A DNA stretch of 64,000 bases from a candidate division WOR-3 bacterium (lineage in GTDB: Bacteria > Hydrothermota > Tepidihabitantia > Tepidihabitantales > Tepidihabitantaceae). Within the stretch, counting starts at the first letter, position 1. Each line of letters begins with the position of its first letter. A program made the position numbers and the translations under genes. The DNA lies in assembly GCA_965648905.1 (NCBI GenBank), contig CBFGIT010000014.1:1-64000 (forward strand). Direction: 5' to 3'. This document shows positions 50,729-60,539 of the stretch, in pieces. Below the pieces are notes generated by a model. The model was not told where the DNA came from, did not search any database, and saw only the letters and a list, made by a program, of their open reading frames with translations.

Positions 50729-51247
50729 TTATGTCTTGCGGATGAAGCGGGGCCGGCTCGGTCTGAGCGGCAGTGTGAGTCGGTGGCTGAGCACAGTCAT
50801 GCCGGCGCGGCAGAAGAACGCCCGCGCCACCAGGTCGAAGTCGTAGACCGAGGCCTGAATCTCGTCCGCGCCGCGCGCCTGGGCCCATTCTCTCACTTCG
50901 GCCAGGAGCCTTGTGCCGATTCCCTGGCGGCGGTGCGTGCGCCGAACCACAATGCCCCGGATGATAATTGACCTCAAGGGTTTCTTCTGCGGATAGTCGG
51001 GCATTTCCCTGAGTCCTGCGTTGACAATGCCGATTACACGGCGGCCCAGTTCGGCAACTGCCAGGAACGTGTTCGGGTCGCGCATCAGCTCTTCGGTTCG
51101 GTCGCGGCGCCGAACTCGGCCCTGGGGCTTGCGGAACCGGTCGGGCAGATTCTCTCTGAACAGGCGGTCCATCTGCTCGGCAAGCGCGCAGATGGCGTCG
51201 AAGTCAGCCGGAACTGCAGGGCGGATGACGATACGGCGAGTCTTCAT
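50729..51247 (-). CDS. GNAT family N-acetyltransferase
   Basis: IRPA...D, V...HRRQGIGTRLL; ATGA overlap with upstream gene. Confidence 0.88.
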   Translation of the reverse strand: MKTRRIVIRPAVPADFDAICALAEQMDRLFRENLPDRFRKPQGRVRRRDRTEELMRDPNTFLAVAELGRRVIGIVNAGLREMPDYPQKKPLRSIIIRGIVVRRTHRRQGIGTRLLAEVREWAQARGADEIQASVYDFDLVARAFFCRAGMTVLSHRLTLPLRPSRPRFIRKT

Positions 51248-52014
51248 CGTTCTTCTCGATGGCCGCAGGCCGGTTCTTCACCACCGAGTGTCCGGACGGT
51301 TCTTTGGATGGTTGCAAGACACAGGCCCGGCGTTCGGACAATCTCACGGCCGGAAAAGCGCAGCACATGCCAGCCTCCGGACACGAGCCGGTTGTCGCGG
51401 GTGCGGTCGACCTCGGCTCTTGCTGGGCCGGTATGGTACAGCTCGCCGTCACATTCGACGTCAATGTTACCGTCCCGGCAGAACAGGGCCAGGTCGAGCA
51501 TGTTGCCCGGGCCATAGTCGCGGACAAAGTACTGCCGTTCAGGAGAGAGGCCGGAGCGCTTCAACCGGGAGTAGAGTCGGTCCTCAATCGGGCTGTCGCA
51601 GAACAGGTCGTTGATTTCCTGCGCGCGCTTCAGGCGCTCCAGGGTCGTCGGGATGAAGACAATCCGGCGCAGGCGCAGGCTGGGAATCGGGTGGGGCAAG
51701 CGTTCCAGTCTGTCAATCGCCAGTCGCCAGTACTCATCAAGAGCCCGCGGGTGGCCGGGTTCGTCGGGCAGGAGGTCGATGCGTCTTGCTCTGGTGATGC
51801 GCCGCACTCGGGCCAGGTAGTTGACCGCCCATTTTTCGGCGCCGAAGGCCGCGGTCTGGTAGAACGCAAGCCAGCGAAACCGCTCGATCCGGTCCGGTGC
51901 AGTTCGGGCCGGAATCCGGTACCAGTGTTCGTCTTGGAGCCGGTTCCAGTCTGTCCGGCGCGTGACTACGGCGACGAGCGCGGGTGTGCTTCTGGTTACG
52001 CGCCGGCGTAGCAT
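51244..52014 (-). CDS. DUF559/Vsr-like endonuclease with an N-terminal accessory domain
   Basis: SPIEDRL, ERQY, LDLAL, VECDGELYH, DRTRDNRL..GWHVLRF. Confidence 0.82.
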   Translation of the reverse strand: MLRRRVTRSTPALVAVVTRRTDWNRLQDEHWYRIPARTAPDRIERFRWLAFYQTAAFGAEKWAVNYLARVRRITRARRIDLLPDEPGHPRALDEYWRLAIDRLERLPHPIPSLRLRRIVFIPTTLERLKRAQEINDLFCDSPIEDRLYSRLKRSGLSPERQYFVRDYGPGNMLDLALFCRDGNIDVECDGELYHTGPARAEVDRTRDNRLVSGGWHVLRFSGREIVRTPGLCLATIQRTVRTLGGEEPACGHREER

Positions 52015-52080
52015 GGGTCAGAATAGGCGGTGATTGGGCATTCGTCAAGGTCATCGGCCGCAGGCAAACAAGTGAAGCAG

Positions 52081-52106
52081 AGGGCGGCGTGATTTCACGC
52101 CGCCCT
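52081..52106 (-). terminator. Hairpin downstream of CDS ending at 52128
   Basis: AGGGCGGCGTGA / TCACGCCGCCCT. Confidence 0.7.
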
Positions 52107-52127
52107 TGGGTTAGTCTCGATTCCGGT

Positions 52128-54050
52128 CTAACGGGTAAGAACGAGTTTGACTTCAGACTGTTGGTCGCCTGAGCCGACACGGCAGAAGTAGATGCCCGGA
52201 CTGACCAACTGGCCGAGCTGGTCGCGTCCATCCCAGGACGAGCCGGTCAGGGTGCGCACGTGGCGGCCGCTGTTGTCGAAGATGGAGAGGAGAGGGGTTG
52301 AGGTTTCAGGGAGTCGAGGGCTCAGGTCGAAGCGGACTGCAGTGGAGAACGGGTTGGGCCAGGCGCGGACTGCGGCCCGAACCACCGTTGCCGGCGTTTC
52401 GGCGATACCGCTGCTCGGGTCAGCAGTCGTGTACTTGATGGCCCGGCCGGGCACAAGCTGAGCCATGCCCCGATGATAGCTGCCGTCAAACAGACACTGG
52501 ATGGCTACGGTCATGCTCGGGTCCTGGATGCCGATGGTGCTGCTGGTGTAGTTGTTTGCCGTCAGGTACTGTACGAGCAGGACATTGTCGCCGGTCGGCG
52601 AATGGATCGTTGTGTCGTAGATGACGAGCTCGAACTTGTCCCATTGGTCGCGTGCACCGTAGTAGTGGACGCTGTCGTACTCGATGACGAAGCGGTGATT
52701 GGCCGGGTCGTGGTAGTACCAGACGCTGTTGCCGTAGGGCGGATACAGGTCGTCCCAGTTGAGACAGACCACAGCCGGCAGGCTGGTTGTCGGCAGGGCG
52801 GTGTTGGTGTAGGAAACATTGGTCGTATAGCCGGGTGCGACCCAGCCATTGCCGCAGATGGAAACCTGGCTGTAGGTCTGGCCGTAGTAGTTCCAGACAA
52901 ACCCTGGCGGCAGGTCGACCTGTACGGTCTGGTCGTCAGACAGAGTCAGTCTGGTGCCGATGTCCCGGATTTCGACCCAGGAGAACTCAGGATGCTGAGC
53001 ATACTGGATATCAACGTCGTCGTATGCCCAGTAGCGTGCGGGTTGACGCGGGCCGTCTGGAATCGGGTCGATGGCACGGAGTTCACCGACAACTACCGTG
53101 AGGTTGAGCGTGTCAACGTAGTTGCTGCCGGTAAGAAACAGTGTCAGCGGTATCGGAGTCTCAGGCTGAATCGAGGAGCTGACCTGGGCAACGTAGGCAT
53201 CGCCCTGAGCGCTGCTGCCAGGTGCGATATTGCCGTAGGCAGAAGTCGAGTCGGTCAGGACAAACCGGGCGTCACCGGAACGAAGCAGCCCGGTAACGCT
53301 GTTTGCTGCCTCATTTCCGACGTTGCGGACGGTGACAAGCAGTTCTCCGGTCTCGCCCGGGTCGAATCGGCCGTTGCCGTTGCCGCCGGGCGGCGGGTCA
53401 TTAACCGTGCGCGTGCCGAGCACGCAGTACGGGCCACTGGCATGGCTGACAAGAGTGACGTCGTCGGCGAAGACCTTCGCCCACGGCGTCCCTCAACCGC
53501 TGTAAGTGTAGCTGAAAAGCGCGACTTCAACCCGGGCAACGTCGTCCGGGTTGACGCCCTGGAGATTCTGGCTGAGTTCCTCGGCGATATTCAGGGTGTA
53601 CTCGTTCCATGAGGGGTCGGTGATTCGGCGCAGACTGAGCACGCCGGTAGGAACCCAGTTGGCATAGGTGGAGTAGTAGTAGCGGGTTTCGCCTAGGACT
53701 GCGTCGGTGTTGTCGAGGTAGCGGACCGTGAAGCAGGCGGCAGGCCAGCACGTTGACGAGCCGCCTCCCTCTTCGAAGCTGGCCCAGAATGACAGTTCGA
53801 GCAGTACACCCGGTACGTCAACGGTCTGGCTGAGGCGCGCCCAGCCCGGGTTGTCGTACTGGTAGGTCTGGGCCTCATAGTCCGGGTCAGGATGATAGCC
53901 CGGATCGCGGCTGGCGGTGTGCGTGCCGTAGCCGCTGTCGGTATAAATCCAGCCGACGGTCAGTTCCTGTTCGAAGTCACCGTTGGTGAGCAGGTTCTGG
54001 CCGGAACTGACCGCCAGAACCAGGAGCGGAATGAACAAGAGCTTTTTCAC
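52128..54050 (-). CDS. Candidate secreted selenoprotein, 640 aa with in-frame UGA at codon 186; CBM-like N-terminal domain and T9SS/FlgD-type C-terminal domain
   Basis: The two listed ORFs share one frame, joined by 23 open codons (...SYTYSG-UGA-GTPWAKVFADDVTLVSHASGPYCVLGT...); SD, GTG start and signal peptide only upstream; sorting domain only downstream; SECIS-like hairpin after UGA. Confidence 0.72.
53457..53492 (-). promoter_or_regulatory. Candidate bacterial SECIS element
   Basis: UGA + 11 nt + GGCGA-AGGUCU-UCGCC stem-loop, extended by GACG.CGU / ACG.CGUC lower pairing. Confidence 0.7.
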
Positions 54051-54200
54051 AAGACCTCCTTAGCAGGTCAGGTATATTCTCGCGGCCCGGAGCTTGTTGT
54101 CAAGCTGAGAAGTGAGCCTGCGTGCTCGAGGGGCGAGCGTGAGTTGACGCGGTCCCCTGAGCCGGAGGAACACACGACGGCCTGATGCGAGCGACTGAGG

Positions 54201-54761
54201 CTATCTGACGTGGCAGCTTCCGCCGCCGTGCCTGGCGAAGTACTTCTGATGGTACTCCTCGGCGGGCCAGAAGGTCCTGGCAGGTACAATCTCCGTGACC
54301 ACCGGCCGCTTGAGCCTGCCGGACTGGTCGAGCTTCTGCTTGGAGGCGAGCGCCGCGGCCTGCTGTTCAGGTGTGTGATAGAATATCGCGGACCGGTACT
54401 GGGACCCGATATCGGGACCCTGGCGGTTCTTCGTCGTCGGGTCGTGCATGTTCCAGAACACGGTGAGCAACTGGTCGTAGCTCACAACCGCTGGATCGAA
54501 GACAATCTGGACCGCTTCAGCATGGCCGGTCTTGTCGGTGCAGACCTGTTGGTAGGTCGGGTTGTCGGTGTGGCCGCCGGTGTAACCGACAGTGGTCGAG
54601 ACAAGGCCTTTGACCTGGTCGAACGCGGCCTGAACTCCCCAGAAACACCCGGCCGCGAACGTTGCGGTTTCAGTCCTGTTCACAAGTTCCTCCTTGGGTA
54701 TTCCCGCATCGGCGGACAGGCCCGACACGAGCAACATCAGCATCCATGCGGTCTTGAGCAT
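54201..54761 (-). CDS. msrA: Peptide-methionine (S)-S-oxide reductase MsrA with a signal peptide
   Basis: [37 protein letters not shown]. Confidence 0.95.
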   Translation of the reverse strand: MLKTAWMLMLLVSGLSADAGIPKEELVNRTETATFAAGCFWGVQAAFDQVKGLVSTTVGYTGGHTDNPTYQQVCTDKTGHAEAVQIVFDPAVVSYDQLLTVFWNMHDPTTKNRQGPDIGSQYRSAIFYHTPEQQAAALASKQKLDQSGRLKRPVVTEIVPARTFWPAEEYHQKYFARHGGGSCHVR

Positions 54762-54795
54762 TTCTTAGTTAGACGCGAGAAGTGGCTGCGGCGAA

Positions 54796-55101
54796 TCAGC
54801 CGCGCCACTGGTAGAGTTCGAGCGGAACCCGGCCGTCTCCTGAAAGCCTGATGCCTTCGGCCTCCAGGGCCCGGCGCTGAACGTCGCAGCCTGCACCGGT
54901 GAGCGATATGGCGCCTCTGCTGTTGATGACCCGGTGCCAGGGCAGGTTCTCTTTGTCTGAGAGCGACCGGAGAACCCAGACAACCTGGCGCGTGGCGTGC
55001 GGGTCTCCGGCCATGGCCGCAATCTGGCCATAGGTCGCCACGCGGCCTTGGGGGATGCTCTTGATGACCTTCACGACGCGGTTCACAAAGGGGTTGAGCA
55101 T
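54796..55101 (-). CDS. Alkyltransferase-like protein (ATL, MGMT family DNA-binding)
   Basis: IPQGRVATYGQIA, PWHRVIN (Trp in place of the catalytic Cys), Q..LEAEG. Confidence 0.9.
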   Translation of the reverse strand: MLNPFVNRVVKVIKSIPQGRVATYGQIAAMAGDPHATRQVVWVLRSLSDKENLPWHRVINSRGAISLTGAGCDVQRRALEAEGIRLSGDGRVPLELYQWRG

Positions 55102-55206
55102 GGGTCAGGCTACGAAGTTGCGGCCGCAAGTCAAGCGCTTCAAGACAGGTTTTGACCTGCGGATATGTCGGGATAGAATAGCGTCAGGAATCCAAAAGGA
55201 GACACC

Positions 55207-57432
55207 ATGCGGAGATTCACTATTGTTCTGTTCTGTATCTGTGCCATCGGCTTTGCCCAGCCCGAGTCATGGGACAAGGTGATGATGGCGCCCGCGGTCA
55301 TGCCCATGGACATGTGCTTTCTCGCTGACGGCCAGCACGGCTGGTTTGTCGGCTCGGCCAGCGCAGGCGGGGAGGTTCTTACGGTCGTCATGGTCACACT
55401 AGACCGGGGAGAGACTTGGCGCAAGCTGCCGTTTCCGGACTCAAGCAGCACCAGTCTTGGGGGTGTGTTCTTCGTGTCGCCTGAGCGCGGCTGGGTCGTG
55501 GGCAGTTCAGGCTACATCAGTCGTACCACCGACGGCGGCATGACGTGGACGAGGCAGACCAGTCCGGCGAGCCGCAAGCTCAGCCGCGTCCACTTCGTCA
55601 GTGACCAGATCGGCTGGATTACCGGCGGCTGGAATGACGGTAGCCAGTATCTTGTGCTCAAGACCACGAACGGAGGCACGACATGGCAGAACCTGAGCTT
55701 TGGCTCGGACTGCTACTCGTGCGAGGATATCTGGTTCGCGGATACGCTGAACGGCTGGCTTGTCGGCCAGAGCAGTTCTATCAACCCCTTCATCCAGCAC
55801 ACGACCGACGGCGGCACGACGTGGAGCCTTCAGAGTGCACCGATTCCTTCGGGCAATGGGCCAGTTTCGTCGGTCTGTTTCCCGACGCCAAGCATCGGTT
55901 GGGCCGTGGTTTCGAGTATCTATCAGTCGCCGTCCGGCACGATTCTGCACACGACTGACGGCGGGACGACCTGGGGTGCGCAGGGCTCGACCGGGCTGCA
56001 CTACAACTATGCCCTTGACGCACCGGATACGCTGCACGTGGCGATTCTTTCGACCCAGGTGCTGGGCAATGCGACGGGCCGTCTGGTTGTCACCACGAAC
56101 GGCGGCCAGAGTTGGTCAAGCTACAGCCTGCCGACTTACAGCTACGGTTACGGATGCCAGTACCGGGGTAGCGACATCTGGGTGGCGCAGGACAATAGCC
56201 AGGTAGTGCACAGCTCGAACAGTGGCATGAGTCTGGACTGGCAGTTCTACGCACCGATGTGGCAGTCAGCAGGCTGGAGCTCGGCCCAGGACGGTTGGCT
56301 GGTGGCCGGTTCTTCGAGCGGGCCGGGGTACTGCTATCGGACGACTGATGGCGGGACAAGCTGGTCCCGTGACCGAAACGCTCCGGGCGGGGTGCAGGTG
56401 CAGTTTGTCGACTCAGACCACGGCTGGATGCTTCGAGAAGGCAACAGCGCCAGGGTCTGCAGGACCACTGATGGCGGGCAGAACTGGGCCGAGTTCAGCG
56501 TCGGCACCAGTTCCTGGGTCGGCCGGATGTTCTTCGCCAGCGAGGATTCGGGTTGGGCCTGCGGCAGCCAGGGCACGATGCGCGTGACCACGAACGGCGG
56601 TGCAACCTGGACGGCCCAGAACCTGAATACCTCGAACTACTGCGAAGACGTGTTCATGTTCAACTCGAAGACGGGCTGGGCTGCCGGCGGGTATGGCAGC
56701 GGCAACGGCTTCATTCGGTTCACCACTGATGGCGGGGCGAACTGGCAGACTCAGAATCCGGGTGGTAGCGCACACGTCAATCGGCTGTTCTTTCTGGATG
56801 CGCAACTCGGCTGGGCCGGGTGCTATGGCGGCGAGGTCCAGAGGACGACCGACGGCGGCGCGACGTGGAGCATTGTCGGCTCAGTGCCGCACTTCTACCT
56901 GGAGGCTCTGGTCTTCACTGATGCCCAGACTGGGTGGCTGGCCGCAGGCAACGCGGGCGGGAGTCAGCCAGGCGAGGATGGCCGAGGCTTCATATACAAG
57001 ACCACCAATGGCGGCATCACCTGGCAGCAGGAGTACGCCGCACCGTGGCCGCGCGGCTGGGTACAGGATATCAGTCGCCAGCCCGGCGGCCTGCTCTGGG
57101 CCTGCGGCAACCATTCAGGCCTGCTCAAGACTATGCCGCCGCAGGCAGTCGAGGAGCATCCCAGGTCAGCATCGGACGAACTGCGCCTGCGAGCGTGGCC
57201 GAGCCTTGGCAACGTGCCGGTGCAACTTGAGTTCGCATTGCCGCGCGCCGGGTCGGCGCGGCTGGCGGTCTATGATGCGGCCGGGCAACTTGTGACGAAT
57301 CTCGTGCAGGGGTGCATGTCGCAAGGCCAACACTCGGTGGTTTGGGCTCCAGGGGAGGCGGCGTGCGGCGTCTACCTGTGTCGGATTGAGGCACTGGGCC
57401 AGGAGCGCACGGTCAAGGTCTGTCGCCAGTAG
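55207..57432 (+). CDS. Secreted YCF48/BNR-repeat beta-propeller protein with T9SS-type C-terminal domain
   Basis: Many TTDGG.TW repeats with F...GW blades; signal peptide; VYDAAGQ...GVYLCR. Confidence 0.88.
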   Translation: MRRFTIVLFCICAIGFAQPESWDKVMMAPAVMPMDMCFLADGQHGWFVGSASAGGEVLTVVMVTLDRGETWRKLPFPDSSSTSLGGVFFVSPERGWVVGSSGYISRTTDGGMTWTRQTSPASRKLSRVHFVSDQIGWITGGWNDGSQYLVLKTTNGGTTWQNLSFGSDCYSCEDIWFADTLNGWLVGQSSSINPFIQHTTDGGTTWSLQSAPIPSGNGPVSSVCFPTPSIGWAVVSSIYQSPSGTILHTTDGGTTWGAQGSTGLHYNYALDAPDTLHVAILSTQVLGNATGRLVVTTNGGQSWSSYSLPTYSYGYGCQYRGSDIWVAQDNSQVVHSSNSGMSLDWQFYAPMWQSAGWSSAQDGWLVAGSSSGPGYCYRTTDGGTSWSRDRNAPGGVQVQFVDSDHGWMLREGNSARVCRTTDGGQNWAEFSVGTSSWVGRMFFASEDSGWACGSQGTMRVTTNGGATWTAQNLNTSNYCEDVFMFNSKTGWAAGGYGSGNGFIRFTTDGGANWQTQNPGGSAHVNRLFFLDAQLGWAGCYGGEVQRTTDGGATWSIVGSVPHFYLEALVFTDAQTGWLAAGNAGGSQPGEDGRGFIYKTTNGGITWQQEYAAPWPRGWVQDISRQPGGLLWACGNHSGLLKTMPPQAVEEHPRSASDELRLRAWPSLGNVPVQLEFALPRAGSARLAVYDAAGQLVTNLVQGCMSQGQHSVVWAPGEAACGVYLCRIEALGQERTVKVCRQ

Positions 57433-57739
57433 CCGGTCTTTGCTGCTCTGACCTTGGAGTGTCGGCCCAATCGGCAATCGCCGGTGTTCTTCTAGCTTCG
57501 AAATCGCAACTTCCCGTCAGTGCACTCGGACGCGACGTGATGTCCTTCTGACGGCCGTTGTCAACAGCCTGCCGTAGCGTACCTTCTTACCGTGGGCATA
57601 GACACGGAAGCAAAGGACGGGTGGTCCTGGTGCATGAAGTGGCGGAGCAGAGAAAGCTGCGGTCTCGGAGTTGGAACGACGCGTGGTCTTGACCACGACC
57701 CTGAAGGAAGTATCATACCATTGACCAAAGGAGTTCTGC

Positions 57740-60061
57740 ATGAAGCGACTCGCTGTCTTTGTGTTCGTGGCTCTGCTTTCGGCGGCAACCGCCCGCGCGC
57801 AGGTCAGGACCAGAACCATCTACCTGCCCGACAGCCTTTCCGGCGTGCTCTCTCCCCAGTATGCGTTGTATGACCCGGCAACGGACAAGCTGTTCGTCGC
57901 GGGTAATCTCGGTCAGGCCTTGGCGGTTCTTGCTGCGGACGGGCTGGAGCGGCTCAAGCGGCTGCCAATGCCTTCATTCGTCAGAACGATGGCCCTGGAC
58001 CCGGTGCGCGGCAGGGTGTACGTGCCGGTGTTCGACTCCGGCGTAGTGTTGGTCATCGACGCAGCGCGGGACAGCATCGTCAGTCGGATTCGCGTCGCCT
58101 CGGCCCCCTCGGCGATTGCGTTCAGTTCCCGTACGAACCGGATGTACGTCACGTCGCAGTTCTCAGACAGCCTTGCGGTCATCGATGCCGCAAGCATGCA
58201 GGTGGTTCGCTTCGTGCGCCTGCTGCGGCAGCAGGATGCGGTCGCGGTCAACCCGGCGGCGCACAAGGTGTACGTCTCCAGTTCGAGTCATGACTCGGTC
58301 TACGTGGTCGATGACAGCACGAATGTGCTCCTGCGTGTCGTACCGGTTACGCGTTCGCCCTGCTTCCTGCTGGCGGTGCCGGAAGAGAATAGGCTGTACT
58401 GTGCCTGCCGGGTCGCGGACCAGGTTTGCGTGCTTGACGCAACCAGCGACTCGCTCATTGCCCGTGTGCCGGTCGGGCGGACGCCGCAGTACCTATGCCA
58501 CAGTCCGGCTGACAACTGTGTCTACGCGTCGAACTGGCAGGGCAGTACGGTATCGGTCATCGACAGCCGGGGCGATAGTGTGGTTGCCACGGTCGCGGTC
58601 GGCGCGAATCCGATTACCATGGTCTGTCTGCCGCCGGAGAGCACCGTGTTCTGCACCAACCGGTCATCGAGCACGGTCAGCGTCATCGACTGCCGGAATC
58701 ACCAAGTCGCAGCCACAATTCCGGTCGGCAGCGTGCCGATGGCGATGAGCTACATATCGCGTCACAGCCGGGTGGTATCAGCGGGTGAAGACGACAGCCG
58801 GCTGGTCGAAATCGACGGCGCGACAAACCAGGTGACTAAACAGACGTTCGTCGGACTCTCGCCCTGGCACCTGCTCTGGCCCGGCACCGAAGACAAGCTC
58901 TACTGTGCTTGTCCCATGAGTGACGTCGTGGCCGTACTCGACCCGGTTCAGGGTCGGCTGCTGCGCCTGATAGATGCGCCGGGCGGGCCGGGTACGCTGC
59001 TCGCGGTTCCTGGTCGCCGGCTCTACGTTAGTTTGAAAAACTCCGGTAGTGTGGGCGTGGTCGACCTCGCGACCGACTCGCTGGTGAGAACCTTCAGCGT
59101 AGGGCAGAATCCCTCTTTTCTCTCTTACTTGGAATCACGCAACAAGGTCTACTGCGCCAACGCCGCAGACTCAAGCGTATCGGTCATCGACCCGGACCGG
59201 GATTCGGTCCTTGCCACGCTGCGGGTCGGCTTCAACCCGGAGCCAATGGTAGCGAAATTCGGCAAGGCATACGTTGTGAACCGCGCTGCCATGCCGGGAA
59301 CGGTGAGTGTGATTGACGGGGCGGGCGACTCGGTCCGGACTACGATTCAGGTCGGCCTACGGCCTCACTCCATCGCCTGGTCGGACAACTACAGCAGGGC
59401 ATATGTCGTTAACGACCTGTCGAACGACGTGACCGTGATTGACGGTCGCACCGACCTCGTGCTGGCAACCGTACCGGTCGGCAGCTTTCCCTGGGCGGTC
59501 TGCTGCAACCAGGCGCAGAACAAAGTCTACGTTGCCAACCTGATGCAGGGAACGGTCTCGGTCATCGACTGCGCCACGAACCAGGTGATACGGAACATCG
59601 CGGTCGGCGGCGGGCCACAGGTGCTGTTGTGGACCAGCAGCCTCGGCCCCAGCCTCGTCTTCTGCGTCAACGGCAGCGCGCAGACCGTGTCGGTGATCGA
59701 CGGCGTAACCGACTCGGTCCTTGCTACCCTGCCCATCGGCGAGTACGCGTGCGCGCTCGAACAGACCGGAGCCACGGTCTGCGTCGCCAACCGCAACGGC
59801 TCGACGCTTACCCTGCTTGAGAACCTGACCGGGCTCGCGGCCAGCAGCACCGGCACACAGCCCGGCCTACCCGCGACTCCCACGCTCGTGCGTTCAGACG
59901 CGGAACTCAGCCGCCTCCGGGACAACGCGGCGCTCTTCGACGTTCAAGGCCGCAGGCTGGCCGCGTCATCGTCTCCTACACCCGGCGTGTACTTCGTGCG
60001 GAGCTCGACTGGTGCTCGGCGGGAAGGGGCGCGCGTCACCAAGCTCGTCTTAACCAGGTAG
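57740..60061 (+). CDS. Secreted YncE/YVTN-repeat beta-propeller protein with a reduced sorting domain
   Basis: Repeated VY.AN..S.TVSVID...VATV.VG..P; FDVQGR...PGVYF...KLVLTR. Confidence 0.88.
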   Translation: MKRLAVFVFVALLSAATARAQVRTRTIYLPDSLSGVLSPQYALYDPATDKLFVAGNLGQALAVLAADGLERLKRLPMPSFVRTMALDPVRGRVYVPVFDSGVVLVIDAARDSIVSRIRVASAPSAIAFSSRTNRMYVTSQFSDSLAVIDAASMQVVRFVRLLRQQDAVAVNPAAHKVYVSSSSHDSVYVVDDSTNVLLRVVPVTRSPCFLLAVPEENRLYCACRVADQVCVLDATSDSLIARVPVGRTPQYLCHSPADNCVYASNWQGSTVSVIDSRGDSVVATVAVGANPITMVCLPPESTVFCTNRSSSTVSVIDCRNHQVAATIPVGSVPMAMSYISRHSRVVSAGEDDSRLVEIDGATNQVTKQTFVGLSPWHLLWPGTEDKLYCACPMSDVVAVLDPVQGRLLRLIDAPGGPGTLLAVPGRRLYVSLKNSGSVGVVDLATDSLVRTFSVGQNPSFLSYLESRNKVYCANAADSSVSVIDPDRDSVLATLRVGFNPEPMVAKFGKAYVVNRAAMPGTVSVIDGAGDSVRTTIQVGLRPHSIAWSDNYSRAYVVNDLSNDVTVIDGRTDLVLATVPVGSFPWAVCCNQAQNKVYVANLMQGTVSVIDCATNQVIRNIAVGGGPQVLLWTSSLGPSLVFCVNGSAQTVSVIDGVTDSVLATLPIGEYACALEQTGATVCVANRNGSTLTLLENLTGLAASSTGTQPGLPATPTLVRSDAELSRLRDNAALFDVQGRRLAASSSPTPGVYFVRSSTGARREGARVTKLVLTR

Positions 60062-60321
60062 ACGGAATCCGACGAGACCCGACACTTGAGTGTCTGCGGT
60101 CTGTGCCCCGGCTCTGGCACGACACCGTGAATCCCGACCGGGTCGAATGCCACTGGGCCGGACCCGCAGAGCGCGGGGGCGGCAGAGCCAGTCGCGCAAG
60201 GGCAGAGTGACCGCCAGGCCGTCAAGCACAGGCTGGTCGTGGCCGGGTGCAGAATGTCAACACGCAGCCGGGTGGGATGCTCTGGGCCCGTGGCAGTCCA
60301 CCTCTGCCGGACTGAATTGTC

Positions 60322-60383
60322 GGGCCAGGAGCGCACGGTCCAGGTCTGTCGGCAGTAGCCGGTCTCTGTTTCTCCGACCTTGG
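60322..60383 (+). repeat. Degenerate copy of the 3' end and downstream sequence of gene 55207-57432
   Basis: 56/62 identical to 57396-57457 by manual alignment. Confidence 0.85.
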
Positions 60384-60539
60384 GGTTGACTCGGTCGAAA
60401 TTGACCCAGCTACGCCGTCTGGTATAATTTTCTTAGTGTCCGTCAGTTAGGGAGGAAGCAGGAAAGGTCGTCTGTCTCGTACAGTAGATGACATATCGAC
60501 AACTACCGATGTCAGCGTCGGGAATCAGAAGGGGAAGCA

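Noticed and set aside
53493..53495. Genome-wide UGA reassignment (Trp/Gly code) as the reason for the in-frame stop
   Set aside because: recN, prfA, hicB and the purH-type gene end at UGA at their expected C-termini, several with ATGA/GTGA coupling.
57517..57819. Minus-strand 100-aa ORF between two cargo genes
   Set aside because: It overlaps the promoter and start of the YVTN gene and has no recognisable motif.
60430..60539. Possible riboswitch in the leader of the barrel/kinase operon
   Set aside because: Only short imperfect hairpins and no aptamer consensus that I can recognise.
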